Below, one piece after another: positions 49,396-60,217 of a DNA stretch of 64,000 nt. Below the pieces are notes generated by a model. It was not told the DNA's origin. It ran no database searches and was given only the letters and a program-made list of their open reading frames with translations. Every line of letters begins with the position of its first letter. Position 1 is the first letter of the stretch. The DNA is from an uncultured Chthonomonadaceae bacterium (lineage in GTDB: Bacteria; Armatimonadota; Chthonomonadetes; Chthonomonadales; Chthonomonadaceae), in contig CAWIEK010000053.1 in assembly GCA_963835065.1 (NCBI GenBank), positions 1 to 64,000 on the forward strand, in the 5' to 3' direction. Position numbers and translations under genes: made by a program.

Positions 49396-52300
49396 ATGTT
49401 GAACTCTCTGATTGCCGCCAAAGTCCATGCCTGGTTTCAGCGCGAAGATTGCCCCGTTCGGCAGATCATTACGCACATCGAAACGGCGCGATTTTTTCGG
49501 GACGCGCAGATCGAAGCAATCAAGACGTATCTGTTTTTGAAAATCGAAGGCGGCAACCGTCCGCTGTGGCAGTTGTTTGCCGAAGGCTTTTTCAGTTCGC
49601 GGGAAGATTTGTCGCGCCTGGCGCTGCGTCAGGATACGCGCGAACTGCTGGAAACCGATACGGCGGCGCGGGCGCTGTTTGAGTTTACACGCCTCAAAGC
49701 CAATGGCGCGGCGAAAACCCTGCTGCCGGAACTGGAAAGGTTTCTGCTCGACCATGTCGCCGAAGTGGATTGCCCCGCCGTCATCAAGCAGTTATTCTAC
49801 GGCGTGGAGTACCCGGATTACCTGTTCAGCCTGCCGATGGGCGCGGGCAAAACGTTTCTGATGGCGGCGTTTATCTATCTGGATTTGTACTTCGCGCAGA
49901 ATGAACCTGCCAACAAAGCCTTTGCGCATAATTTTCTGCTGCTCGTCCCTTCCGGCCTCAAATCGTCCATTATTCCCAGTTTGAAAACCATTGAAAAGTT
50001 CGATCCGGCCTGGGTACTGCCTGAACCGGCGGCTTCCAATGTTCGCAAATTAATTAAATTCGAGATTCTGGATCAGCCCAAATCCGGCAGCAAAAGCAAC
50101 CGGGCGCGTAACCCCAACGCGCAGAAAATCAGCCGCTATCAGCCGTTCGACGCTCTGATGGGCCTGGTGATGGTGACGAACGCGGAAAAGGTGGTGCTGG
50201 ATCAGGCCAAGTTCGACGCGCAGATGCGCCTTGTGGAGCCGACCGAAGACGAAAAAGACAAAGCCGCCAACGAATTGCGCAACCTGATCGGCAAAGTGCC
50301 CAACCTGCAAATCCTGATTGACGAAGTGCATCACGCGGCAACCGATGAAATCAAACTGCGGCAGGTAGTCAACCAATGGCAAAAAGGCAACGCCAAAAAC
50401 CCAACACCTGAACACCGAACACCGAACACCGGCAACATTAACGGCGTTCTCGGCTTTTCCGGCACACCCTACCTGTCCTCACCCGAAGAAGTGACTATTG
50501 CGCCGAAAATGGCGGTGAAGTTCGCGCAGATTACGAACACGGTTTTTTATTATCCGCTTACCCGCGCTATTGCCGGGTTTTTGAAGAAGCCGACCGTGCG
50601 GACGATCAGCGAATTGGAAGGCAGCCGGATTGTGCGGCATGGCGTGGCGGATTTTCTGGCCCAATACGGCGACAAGGTGTACGCTAATGATGCGACCGCC
50701 AAACTTGCCATTTACTGCGGCAGCATCGAACGCCTGGAAGAAGAGGTTTATCCCCTGCTCATCGGCGAAATGGGAATTGCGCCCGCGGACATTCTGAAAT
50801 ACCATCGAGGCAACGCCAAATACAGGATTTCACCCGCAGACGGAGGCCGGGTGGAAGTATTTGGATACCCCCTGTCGCGCAAGCGGATCATCCTGCTGGT
50901 GCAGATCGGCAAGGAGGGCTGGGATTGCCGGAGCCTGACGGGGGTAATCCTGTCGCAAAAAGGGGATTGCCCCACGAATATGGTGCTGCAAACAAGTTGC
51001 CGATGCCTGCGCGAAATGGACGGCGACAGGGCGGGCGCTAAGGAAACGGCGGGAATCTGGCTCAATGCCGACAACGCCAAAAGCCTGGACAAGCAGCTCA
51101 AAGAAGAACAGCACACGAGCATTGAAGAGATCAACCGATTGGGCAACAGCGATGCGGTTCCCCTGCGCCCCCGCTACAATCGCATGGACGCGCTGAAACT
51201 GCCGCCCGTAGAGTTTTATCAACTGCGCGTCCGCTATGAAAACCTGACGCTGGAACCCGCGCAGCCGCAGGAGGCCCTTCGCTCGGTAGATGCCGCCCGG
51301 TTTCGCGCCAACGCCGCCAGTGTTACCCGCAGCCTGACCGCAAGCGAAGCCGACAGCCGGTGGTTCCACAAACAGGAACAGGGCGAGATTGCCGACTTTT
51401 CCGCCTGGCTCCTGCAAATCGCCAAAAGCAGCCTGGGCGCAATTTCCCTCGCCGCCCTGCGCCCCCACGCCCTGAGTTACGCGCCATCTTCGACGCGATC
51501 ACGTATATCGAGGGAAAAGGAAAAAGGGAAAAGGGAAAAGAACAGAATACGGAAGAAGAGGATGCTCTATCAACTATCAACTATCAACTATCAACTCCTG
51601 CATCCTTCTTTAACGCCCTCTACGACCTGGACGCTATTGCCGCCGAGATACGGCTGGCGTTTTATGCGCGACGGACATTGAACTCTGCGAGCGAGATCGT
51701 TCCCGATACCGCTCGCCTGCTGATTGCGGAAAAACTGATGGCGATTGCCGCCGATAAGAAGAACGTATATCCGGGCGAAAGCGACGTAGAGCAGATGCGG
51801 GAAATGGACGCGGCGGGACAGACCGCGTTTCAGTACGCCGAGGAGCAGCGCGCCAAATTGGAACAGGTGCGGGAAATGGCGAAAGCGGCCAATCTGGACA
51901 TCAACCTGTTTGCCCTGCGCGACAATGCTGTTTCTGCCGCCGCGCAGAATAAAGACCGCTCGTTCCATTATGCGCCGTACAGCTTCGACAGCAGTTTTGA
52001 AATGAAGTTTTTGCAGGAAGCGCTTACCCTGCAAGCCCTGCGCGACGGGCAGTTGGAATTGTACTTTAACGGCGCGGGCGAACTGACGGAGTTTCGCATC
52101 GAATGTTACGCGCCCCGGCCCGGCGGCTGGAACAAAGTGGGCAAGTACACGCCCGACTTTCTGCTGGTAGAGCGCAAAAACGGAGCCATTCACCGCGCCC
52201 TTATTATCGAAACCAAAGGCAGCGGGTATGCCGACCAGAAAGCGTTTCTCGCCCGCCGCGATTTCGTGCAGTCCCACTTTCTGCAAATGAACAATGACAA

Positions 52301-52425
52301 ATTCGGCTACGCGCGTTTCGAGTACCTGTACCTGTAGCGACGCCGACGAGATACCAGCCAACCTCCGCAAATTGTGCGATGCGGCGGCAGAAATTCTTCA
52401 CGGACAAACCCATCCATGCCTGTTA
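49396..52425 (+). CDS. Type III-like restriction subunit (SF2 helicase + PD-(D/E)xK); indels at ~50845-50870, ~51472 and ~52336; 3' end approximate
   Basis: LPMGAGKT, IDEVHH, GFSGTP, GKEGWDC, LQTSCRCLR; YTPDFL...IIETKG; adjacent methylase. Confidence 0.85.
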
Positions 52426-54998
52426 AATATATTCCCTACGTTCCCAACACGACTGCCGGGCAGGCGATTCTGGACAACATCACCCGTACCCGCCGCGTCC
52501 TGCGCTACCGGGACAACGACAAAGTGCTGGACCACATCCGGCGCGGCCTGCCCCTGTACGAAACCGCCTGCGTGGAAACGGTGGGCACGGAGGATGCGTC
52601 GGGCAATCTGCTGCTGCGCGGCGAGTGCCTGTCCGCCTGCGCGTACCTCAAAGACAAGGGCATCGAACTGGATTTGGTGTACATTGACCCGCCGTTCGCG
52701 TCCGGGGCCGATTACGCCAAAAGCGTGTATCTGCGCCGCAATCCCAAACAAGCGCAAATGCTTGCCGACGCCGAGCAGGAATTGGAACTCGACGAACTCC
52801 GCGCCTTTGAAGAAAAAATGTACGGCGACATCTGGAACAAGGAAGACTACCTGAACTGGATGTTTGAAAATCTGACGGCCATCAAGTCCGTAATGAGCGA
52901 AACCGCCAGTATCTACGTGCATCTCGACGAACATATTGGGCATTACGTTAAGATTTTGCTGGATGAGGTTTTTGGTGAAGACAACTTCCAACGAGAGATT
53001 ATATGGGACATTCAGGTTTTATCTGGCTTCAAAACCAAAGCTCAAAACTGGATTAGAGGTCACGACATAATCTTCTACTACACCAAAAACGAAAACGCGA
53101 AAGTTTTCAATAAGTTGACACAACCTCACACTGAAAAATATCTCGCTATGTTCGACAGAGAAGACCCAGATGGCCGTAAATACCTGATTGCACATGGTAG
53201 TAAAAGATATAGAGATCAAATTGAAGACAAGGGTAAGAATCTATCTCAAAACAAAAGTGGCTCTGCAACGGGCAAGATGACCTCTTGCTTTAATACGTGC
53301 AACTTGCGGAACCACAGGAGGGCACAGGCGAGTTTGCAGGTTGCCAGGTAGTTGCTGGGCTTTTTGTCCCACCGGATGAGGATGCCGCGCCAACGCGACA
53401 GCCAAGCAAACGTGCGCTCCACCACCCAACGCCGCGCCGGATGCGTTTTCTCGCCCGCTTCGTCTTTCTTTTCTTCGCCAATGCGGCGAATGTGGGGCGT
53501 ATAGCCTGCTTTCTTAGCGGCTTCTTCCCCACGCGGATTGTCATAGCCTTTGTCCAGGCACAGGTTTTGAGGTTCTTCGGGCGTGGGCTGCGGACGGCAC
53601 ACCACCACCGCGCTGATCGTGGCCGCGAGCAGATGCGCGTCATTGGTGTTGGCGCTGCTGATACAAATGCCGGTCGGCCCGCCGTCGCCTTCCACTAAAA
53701 GGCTCTTTTTGACGCCTTGCTTCCCACGATCCGTGGGATTGGGACCGACACAGGCGTCGTCTTGTGCCCCTTTTTAGGCACACCGCGCGCTTTGCTCAGG
53801 CAGGCATCGGCAGATTGCCAGTCCCACTTTACGCCGCCCAAGAAGTCGCAATTGCGCAGAAGAACCGCCCACAACTTGCCGAACAAGTCCAGCTTCTCCC
53901 ACCGCTGCAAGGTGCGGTGGATGCTGGCATCGTCGCCAAACTCCTTGGGGAGTTGGTTCCATTGGCAGCCGGTACGCGCTCGGTAGATAATGCCGTTGAG
54001 AGCAAGACGGGCATCAATGCGCTTGCGTCCGCGTTTGCAAGGGGGATCGTACTGGTTGATCAACGCCTGAATGTGTTCCCATAACTCGTCGGGAACACGC
54101 CAGATCGTCGGTAAAGAGGGTGTCTGCGCCATAAGTCACTCCAAAAAAGTAGTCGTAACTTTATCATCGGCAGGCCAATGGACAAGCTGAAAACGCAGAT
54201 CGTCGGCTTGAAAAACGAGGACGGCCTGGACTCCTTTTGGGAAGGCGCGATACACGACTCAAACTGGGCATGATGCCCGTGTACCTGCCCAACCTGCTCG
54301 ACCACCAAACCAAAGTGCTGGACATACCGCTCGTCAACGCCGTTCTGCACGAAGCCCTGCCCAATCTGCCGGATGGGGTGAAGCAGGCCATTCTTTATTA
54401 CGTGGACATTTATGACCGGGCGGGCGTGGAGAAGTTTATCGCGGACGGAAAACATGACCGGCATCCAATTGGAACTGCGCGACCTCAAAGAAATCCTGGA
54501 TGAAATCGTTCTCAACGACGAGGCCGAATTTAACGTGACGGGAACGCGGGCGGCGCGTATACGGTGGAAATTGCCGCGTTTGCCAGTGACCGCCTGCAAG
54601 CCAAAATCAGCGAGTACAACCAGAAGAAAGGCTTGACCGGCAGGGCCAAAACGCCGCTCCTCACACCCGACGCGCCCGAAGCGGACAGTGACACGAACGG
54701 CGACAACGATGACGGAGAACCTGCCGCGCCGCGCCGCAAAACGCCGTTCACGCCCATACAGATCAGCCCGGACGGTTTGGAACTCATTGAATGGCTTAGT
54801 CTTGATTGCGCGGCGAGCGAAGGAAGCTGGCATTCCGACGCGGAAATCAAGATTGACAAAAAGGCTTCGTGACCCACGACGGACGGAAAACCAAAACCTT
54901 TTGGGACGCGAAAATCGCCGATGCTCGCAAGCCCCTGCGCCTGAAAATCCGCAACATCGCCGGGGACGAAAGTATTTTTAGTCTTGAACTACGATTTA
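52416..54998 (+). pseudogene. Site-specific DNA methyltransferase (Mod-like) interrupted by IS5, with loss of the central part
   Basis: LVYIDPPF, YLNWM, IYVHLD, REIIW up to ~53235; resumes MDKLKTQ...RLKIRNIAGDE at ~54178-54998; no FxGSG motif in the translated pieces. Confidence 0.85.
53236..54165 (-). mobile_element. IS5-family insertion sequence (two-ORF transposase 54132..53246 joined by a -1 frameshift); upstream inverted repeat apparently missing
   Basis: DELW...GR...NGIIYRARTGCQW..LP; GPNPTDRGK; LCLDKGYD; RRWVVERTFAWL; AAAAAGGGG run at 53775-53767; end sequence TA-AGAATCTATCTCAAAA at 53234-53251. Confidence 0.9.
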
Positions 54999-55010
54999 AG
55001 AGGTTAGCGC

Positions 55011-56411
55011 ATGGATGTACCCCCTGAAGATATGGAGAAATGCCTTGAGGTGTTGCAGCGGATTGCTGATGGTCCGGGCAGCGTGTATCGTGACGCCCGT
55101 TTTCGCGGCCTGATTTCCAAAATCCATAAAGCGGGGATGCGGGACGACAAACGCGCCGAACGCTGGCGGCAAACGGTGGAAGACCGCGCCCTGCTGGCGA
55201 CGACGGGAATGGTGCAAATCCAGCGCGACGCTCTGCCGCCCCATGCGCTGCCGCCGCCCGATGTATCCGGGGAACGGACGCTGAACAACCCGGAAGCCTG
55301 CTACATCTGCAAAGCCGCCTATACCGAAGTCCACTTTTTCTATCATCTGCTGTGCCCGGACTGCGCGGCCTTCAACTATGAAATGCGCAATCGGCGCGCA
55401 AACCTGACGGGGCGCGTGGCACTCGTCACGGGCGGGCGCGTCAAGATCGGATTCCAGACCGTTTTGCGCCTGCTGCGCGACGGGGCCAAAGTAATCGTTA
55501 CGACGCGGTTTCCTCATGCCGCCGCGCGCCGGTTTGCCGCCGAAGCCGATAGCGGGCAATGGGAAGACCGCCTGCATCTGTATGGCCTCGATTTGCGCAA
55601 CATCCCGGCTGTGGAAGCGTTCGCGCGGCATCTTCTGGATACCGAACCGTATCTCGACATCATTATTCACAACGCCGCGCAAACCATTCGCCGCCCACAC
55701 GGGTTTTATCAGGAGTTGCTGGCGCAGGAGCAGTGTCCGCAGGAGACTTTGTCATTGGAAGCGCGGCGGCTGGTGCGGCAGGGATTGCCGTCCCTGCCCG
55801 CGCTGACGGATGGTTCCGCCCTGTTGCCTGCCGCCCCGTCCGCCGCGATGGACACGCTCCCCATTATGGACATTCTGCCCGCCGATGCTTACGAGGACCA
55901 TGAGGAGCGCGTTGATTCGAGTACTACCAATAGCTGGCTGCTCCGATTGGACGATGTGAGCGCGCCGGAAATGCTGGAAGTGCAGTTAGTCAACAGCGTC
56001 GCGCCGTTTCTGCTCAACAGCCGCCTGAAGCCGTGCCTCCTGCGCGCGCCTTTTGCCCGCCGCTTCATCGTCAACGTGTCCGCGATGGAGGGGCAGTTTC
56101 AGCGCCATAAAACCGTGTTTCATCCGCACACCAACATGGCAAAAGCCGCCCTGAACATGATGACGCGCACCAGTGGCGAAGACTATGCCCGCGACGGCAT
56201 TTACATGACCAGCGTGGATACGGGCTGGGTCACGGATGAAAACCCCACGCCCAAGCGTACCCGGCGTCAGGAAGATACTGGGTTCTTTCCTCCCTTAGAT
56301 ATTTTCGACGGCATGGCCCGCATCTACCACCCAATTGCGCAGGGCATCGAAAGCGACGAAGAGCCTTTCTTCGGCGTATTTCTAAAAGATTACGCGCCGT
56401 GTCCCTGGTGA
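55011..56411 (+). CDS. SDR-family oxidoreductase with N-terminal CxxC...CxxC zinc site
   Basis: CYICK...LCPDC, ALVTGGRVKIG, NAAQT, VSAMEG, HTNMAKAA, VDTGWVTDE. Confidence 0.88.
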   Translation: MDVPPEDMEKCLEVLQRIADGPGSVYRDARFRGLISKIHKAGMRDDKRAERWRQTVEDRALLATTGMVQIQRDALPPHALPPPDVSGERTLNNPEACYICKAAYTEVHFFYHLLCPDCAAFNYEMRNRRANLTGRVALVTGGRVKIGFQTVLRLLRDGAKVIVTTRFPHAAARRFAAEADSGQWEDRLHLYGLDLRNIPAVEAFARHLLDTEPYLDIIIHNAAQTIRRPHGFYQELLAQEQCPQETLSLEARRLVRQGLPSLPALTDGSALLPAAPSAAMDTLPIMDILPADAYEDHEERVDSSTTNSWLLRLDDVSAPEMLEVQLVNSVAPFLLNSRLKPCLLRAPFARRFIVNVSAMEGQFQRHKTVFHPHTNMAKAALNMMTRTSGEDYARDGIYMTSVDTGWVTDENPTPKRTRRQEDTGFFPPLDIFDGMARIYHPIAQGIESDEEPFFGVFLKDYAPCPW

Positions 56412-56456
56412 CACTGCTAATTTAATAATTTTTGCTTCTTTTGGAATGATTACACT

Positions 56457-57638
56457 ATGAAAACACACGATGTTGTGATTGTGGGGGCGGCGCGAACGCC
56501 GATTGGACGCGCGCCTAAAGGCACACTACGCTTGACGCGCCCGGACGATCTGGCCGCTATCGCCATTCGCGCCGCATTGGAACGGGCGCATGGAATCATG
56601 CCCGAACAGGTGGAAGATGTGATTTTGGGATGCGCCACGCCCGAAGCCGAACAGGGGTTGAACGTCGCCCGCATTGCCGCCCTGCGGGCCGGATTGCCTC
56701 AAAGCGTTTCCGGCCTGACGCTGAACCGCTTTTGCGCGTCCGGGCTGGAAGCCATTGCGGTTGCAGCCGCCAAAATCGCAACCGGGCAGGCGGAAATTAT
56801 CGTTGCGGGCGGCACGGAAAGCATGAGCCTGGTTCCCTTCATGGGCGACACGATGCGCCCCAACCCCTATTTAATGGAACGCGCGCCGGACACCTATATC
56901 AGCATGGGGCTGTCAGTGGAAGGCATAGCCCGCGAGTTCAACATCCGCCGGGACGCTTCCGACGCGCTTTCCCTGCAAAGCCACCAGCGCGCCCTGGCCG
57001 CGCAGGACGCGGGACGGTTTGACGAAGAGATTGTTCCCGTCTGTGTTCAAGTTCAGGCAGAGAATGAAAACGGGATGGATGCGCGGGAAATCGTGTTCGA
57101 CAAAGATGAAGGGCCGCGCCGCGAAACCTCCCCGGAAGCCCTGGCGAAATTGAAGCCCGCGTTTCTCCCGGAGGGCGTGATTACCGCCGGCAACGCTTCG
57201 CAGCGCAGCGATGGCGCGGCAGCCGTCGTGCTGACCACTGCGGAAAAAGCGGCAGAATTGGGCTTGAAACCCCTGGCGCGTTTCGTCGGGTATGCCGTGG
57301 CGGCTGTGGAACCGGAGCGCTTTGGCATTGCGCCCGCCTACGCGGTTCCCAAACTGCTCAAGCAAACCGGCATTAAATTGGAAGACATTAACCTGATTGA
57401 ATTCAACGAAGCCTTTGCCGCGCAGTTTTTGGCTTCGCAGGAGATATATCCGCTTCCCATTGAGCGCGTGAACGTCAACGGCGGCGCGATTGCCCTCGGC
57501 CATCCGCTCGGGGCAACGGGCGCGCGCCAAACCGTGACTCTACTGCACGAGGGCAAAAGGCGCAAGGCGAAGTACGGCATGGTGACAATGTGCGCCGCGC
57601 TGGGCATGGGCGCGGCGGGGCTGTTTGAACTGCTTTGA
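56457..57638 (+). CDS. Acetyl-CoA C-acyltransferase (thiolase)
   Basis: RTPIG, NRFCASGL, TAGNAS, NEAFA, GGAIALGHPLGATG, MCAALGMG. Confidence 0.96.
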   Translation: MKTHDVVIVGAARTPIGRAPKGTLRLTRPDDLAAIAIRAALERAHGIMPEQVEDVILGCATPEAEQGLNVARIAALRAGLPQSVSGLTLNRFCASGLEAIAVAAAKIATGQAEIIVAGGTESMSLVPFMGDTMRPNPYLMERAPDTYISMGLSVEGIAREFNIRRDASDALSLQSHQRALAAQDAGRFDEEIVPVCVQVQAENENGMDAREIVFDKDEGPRRETSPEALAKLKPAFLPEGVITAGNASQRSDGAAAVVLTTAEKAAELGLKPLARFVGYAVAAVEPERFGIAPAYAVPKLLKQTGIKLEDINLIEFNEAFAAQFLASQEIYPLPIERVNVNGGAIALGHPLGATGARQTVTLLHEGKRRKAKYGMVTMCAALGMGAAGLFELL

Positions 57639-57646
57639 GAAACGGG

Positions 57647-57684
57647 GTTCAGGTGTTCAGGTGTTCGGGTATTCAGGTGTTGGG
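57647..57684. repeat. Octamer array GGTGTTCA after the thiolase stop
   Basis: GGTTCAGGTGTTCAGGTGTTCGGGTATTCAGGTGTTGG. Confidence 0.85.
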
Positions 57685-57752
57685 ACACCTAGCGTTTTCA
57701 GCAGGGGTGGTGAACGCCGTTTGTAAGTTCTGCTGTGAAAGGAAGTGTAACT

Positions 57753-57986
57753 ATGTCGGCAGCAACGTTTGATTTTGAAGCGCGTTATCCGCATATCGCC
57801 GCCTGGATTGAATTGGAAGGCTCCATTGAAATCGGACACGAACCCAATACGGACAGCTACGCTCGCGCGCTGGATGAGGGCGGCATGGTTTGGTCGGGCG
57901 GGCATCAGAATGGTTCGCTCGATGACTGGCTGCAAGCGCTGGACGCGGGACTTGCAGACTTTATGGAGGCGGAGGGGATAGGCTAA
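57753..57986 (+). CDS. Small acidic hypothetical protein
   Basis: 77-aa ORF with AAGGA RBS; YPHIAAWI..GSIEIG...RALDEGGMVW; 3 nt from the next gene. Confidence 0.7.
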   Translation: MSAATFDFEARYPHIAAWIELEGSIEIGHEPNTDSYARALDEGGMVWSGGHQNGSLDDWLQALDAGLADFMEAEGIG

Positions 57987-57989
57987 ACG

Positions 57990-58706
57990 ATGCGCTTCCT
58001 GCAAAATCTGTTCAAATCTAAAGAAGAAGGCGATCTATCCGGTGTACCCGATTACCGCGTTGGCGACTCGGTTGTTGTCAAACAAGGCGTGATGTGTCCC
58101 GACAAGCCCGAACTCTCCCTCGCCGGCTGGCAGGGACGCATTACCGAACTGTACCTGGAAGAAGGCAATGTCTTCATTGATTGGGATACCCCAACGCTGC
58201 GGGCCATGCCGGACGATTACATCCGCGAGTGCGAGATAGAAGGGTTGGGATGGGACAGCATGGTATTGGGCGCAGACGAGGTACTCCCCGCCCAACCGCG
58301 CGACAATGAACAGGAACGGGCAAAAGTCAGTGAAGAAATCGAGAAACGTCACCAATGGGATTATCTTGCCGACGAAAATCCCGGTATCCGCGAGGTTCTC
58401 GGCGGCCTGGAAGACGGCGATATTATGTCGTGCCTGGCAGCGTGGGAGGAGCATCTCAGCGCCGCGCTGAAATTCCCCTTCGAGGCTAAAGTGGCGGAAC
58501 AAATCACCCGCTACCCGGTAGGCGTCGGCGAAAAAGTTCTATTGACCGGCCTTGAAGATGCAGATGATCTATACGGCCTTTTGGTGAATGTCCGGTTTGG
58601 CCGGAAGCAATATACGTTACCCCTGTGCGACCTTGAGGCAACAGATGAGAACTCTCCCAACTACCAGCCGCTCAGAGATTACGTCGTCTGGTTCGCCAAC
58701 CGTTAG
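57990..58706 (+). CDS. Protein with C-terminal CcbP-like (calcium-binding) domain
   Basis: WEEHL...LKFPFEA...YGLL...PLCDLE...NYQPLRDYVVWF; very acidic. Confidence 0.7.
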   Translation: MRFLQNLFKSKEEGDLSGVPDYRVGDSVVVKQGVMCPDKPELSLAGWQGRITELYLEEGNVFIDWDTPTLRAMPDDYIRECEIEGLGWDSMVLGADEVLPAQPRDNEQERAKVSEEIEKRHQWDYLADENPGIREVLGGLEDGDIMSCLAAWEEHLSAALKFPFEAKVAEQITRYPVGVGEKVLLTGLEDADDLYGLLVNVRFGRKQYTLPLCDLEATDENSPNYQPLRDYVVWFANR

Positions 58707-60205
58707 GTCTTGTTGCTTGCTCTTTTCTTAACTGCGTTTGTAAACCGCGTTTGCAGCAATGCCCAACCGCACAGCGCGACGGACACGAACAGGCACAACT
58801 GCCCGAAGCGCCAGCCGCCGCGCACAAAGATTGTCTGGCCTTGTATCCGCCCGACGGTAACATCAAGCCGCGCCGGACTGGTCGTGGCAACGCGGGCTGT
58901 TTCCTGGCCGTTGGGCGCGGCGACCGACGTTCCGCCCGCCACATCTGCCCGCGCCAGCCACTTCCCGCACTCCGCCGCCCGCATCTGGAACATCAGGCGG
59001 TGCTGAACGCGCTGCATCTCGCCCCATTCCGGCGGATCGTCGTTGGGAACCAGAAACACCTCGGCTCCATCCGCCGCCAATCGCCGCGCCACATCCGGGT
59101 AGTCCATGTCAAAGCAAATGGCGACGCCGATTTTACCGGGCGGGGTTGCGATAGCGGTTGACTGTGTGCCTGCCACGCCATCTCGTATAAAATGCACGGG
59201 ATGGTTTTTGACGTGCCGCCCCACTTCCCTGCCGGTCGGGTCGAGCAGATACGCGGTGTTGCGGAAGCCTGCGGGAGAATCGAGGTCGAACTGATCCGTC
59301 GCGCCAAACAGCAGATAGGCGGATTGCTCCCGCGCCACTTGCTGCAAACCCTTCCACACTTTGGCGTCACGGGTCGGGTCGCGGACAAAGCTGTATTCCG
59401 GCCACACGATCACATCGGGCTTGTGTGGAGCATCGGAATTGGAACGCGACAGCCGGTAGAAACTGTCTTCATCTTCGGAATTGGCCTGCACGAGTCGAAC
59501 ATGCAGCGGGCGCTCCGGCGCGGGAGTCGAAGCGGGAACCACAAACAGCAGCAGCCAGCCACAATACAGGGCAAGCGGTTTCCAAACCAGTTTTTCGCGG
59601 CTGTCTCTTCCGCCAGTAAATCCCTCTGCCAGCAATGCGCCGAGCAGAACGATGCCGAACGTCAGCCCATAGCACCCGAACCACGCCGCGCATTTCGCCA
59701 AAACGGGAACATTGACTACGCCGTAGCCCAATCCCATCCAGCCGAAATTCAGCGCGAACGGTTCGGAGCGATAATATTCAATGCCTGTCCACAGCACGGG
59801 CGCGAGCAGCCAACCTGGAAAACGGGGCAGGCGCTCACGCAGCCAGACATACGTAACGGCAAAAATGGTAGGAAATACGGCGAGCAACGCGCATAAACTG
59901 ACAACCGCCATGCCGAACAGCCGGGAAAACCAGTACAAATCCGCGCAAAACCACGTCAGCCCGAACACAAACCCAAGATAAAACGCCTGCCGCCGCGTCA
60001 CGCCATGCAGCAGGAACAAAAACGCCGCCACGCACAAAGGCAGGAGAAAAGCCCATCCAACCGGAGGAAAACAAGCCGCCAGCAAGCCGCCCACGCCGCA
60101 AGCCAGAAGCAGTCGCCACCGGAACGCCAATGCCGACGGCACAGGCGGAATGGCAGGCTCAGGCGATGTTTTCGCCTGCAACGGCGCGTTTGCCTGAATG
60201 TCCAT
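58703..60205 (-). CDS. lnt: Apolipoprotein N-acyltransferase-like (nitrilase fold)
   Basis: N-terminal TM bundle; VIVWPE, NTAYL, K, AICFD, RAAE. Confidence 0.8.
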   Translation of the reverse strand: MDIQANAPLQAKTSPEPAIPPVPSALAFRWRLLLACGVGGLLAACFPPVGWAFLLPLCVAAFLFLLHGVTRRQAFYLGFVFGLTWFCADLYWFSRLFGMAVVSLCALLAVFPTIFAVTYVWLRERLPRFPGWLLAPVLWTGIEYYRSEPFALNFGWMGLGYGVVNVPVLAKCAAWFGCYGLTFGIVLLGALLAEGFTGGRDSREKLVWKPLALYCGWLLLFVVPASTPAPERPLHVRLVQANSEDEDSFYRLSRSNSDAPHKPDVIVWPEYSFVRDPTRDAKVWKGLQQVAREQSAYLLFGATDQFDLDSPAGFRNTAYLLDPTGREVGRHVKNHPVHFIRDGVAGTQSTAIATPPGKIGVAICFDMDYPDVARRLAADGAEVFLVPNDDPPEWGEMQRVQHRLMFQMRAAECGKWLARADVAGGTSVAAPNGQETARVATTSPARLDVTVGRIQGQTIFVRGGWRFGQLCLFVSVALCGWALLQTRFTNAVKKRASNKT

Positions 60206-60217
60206 GTTCCTCTTCCT

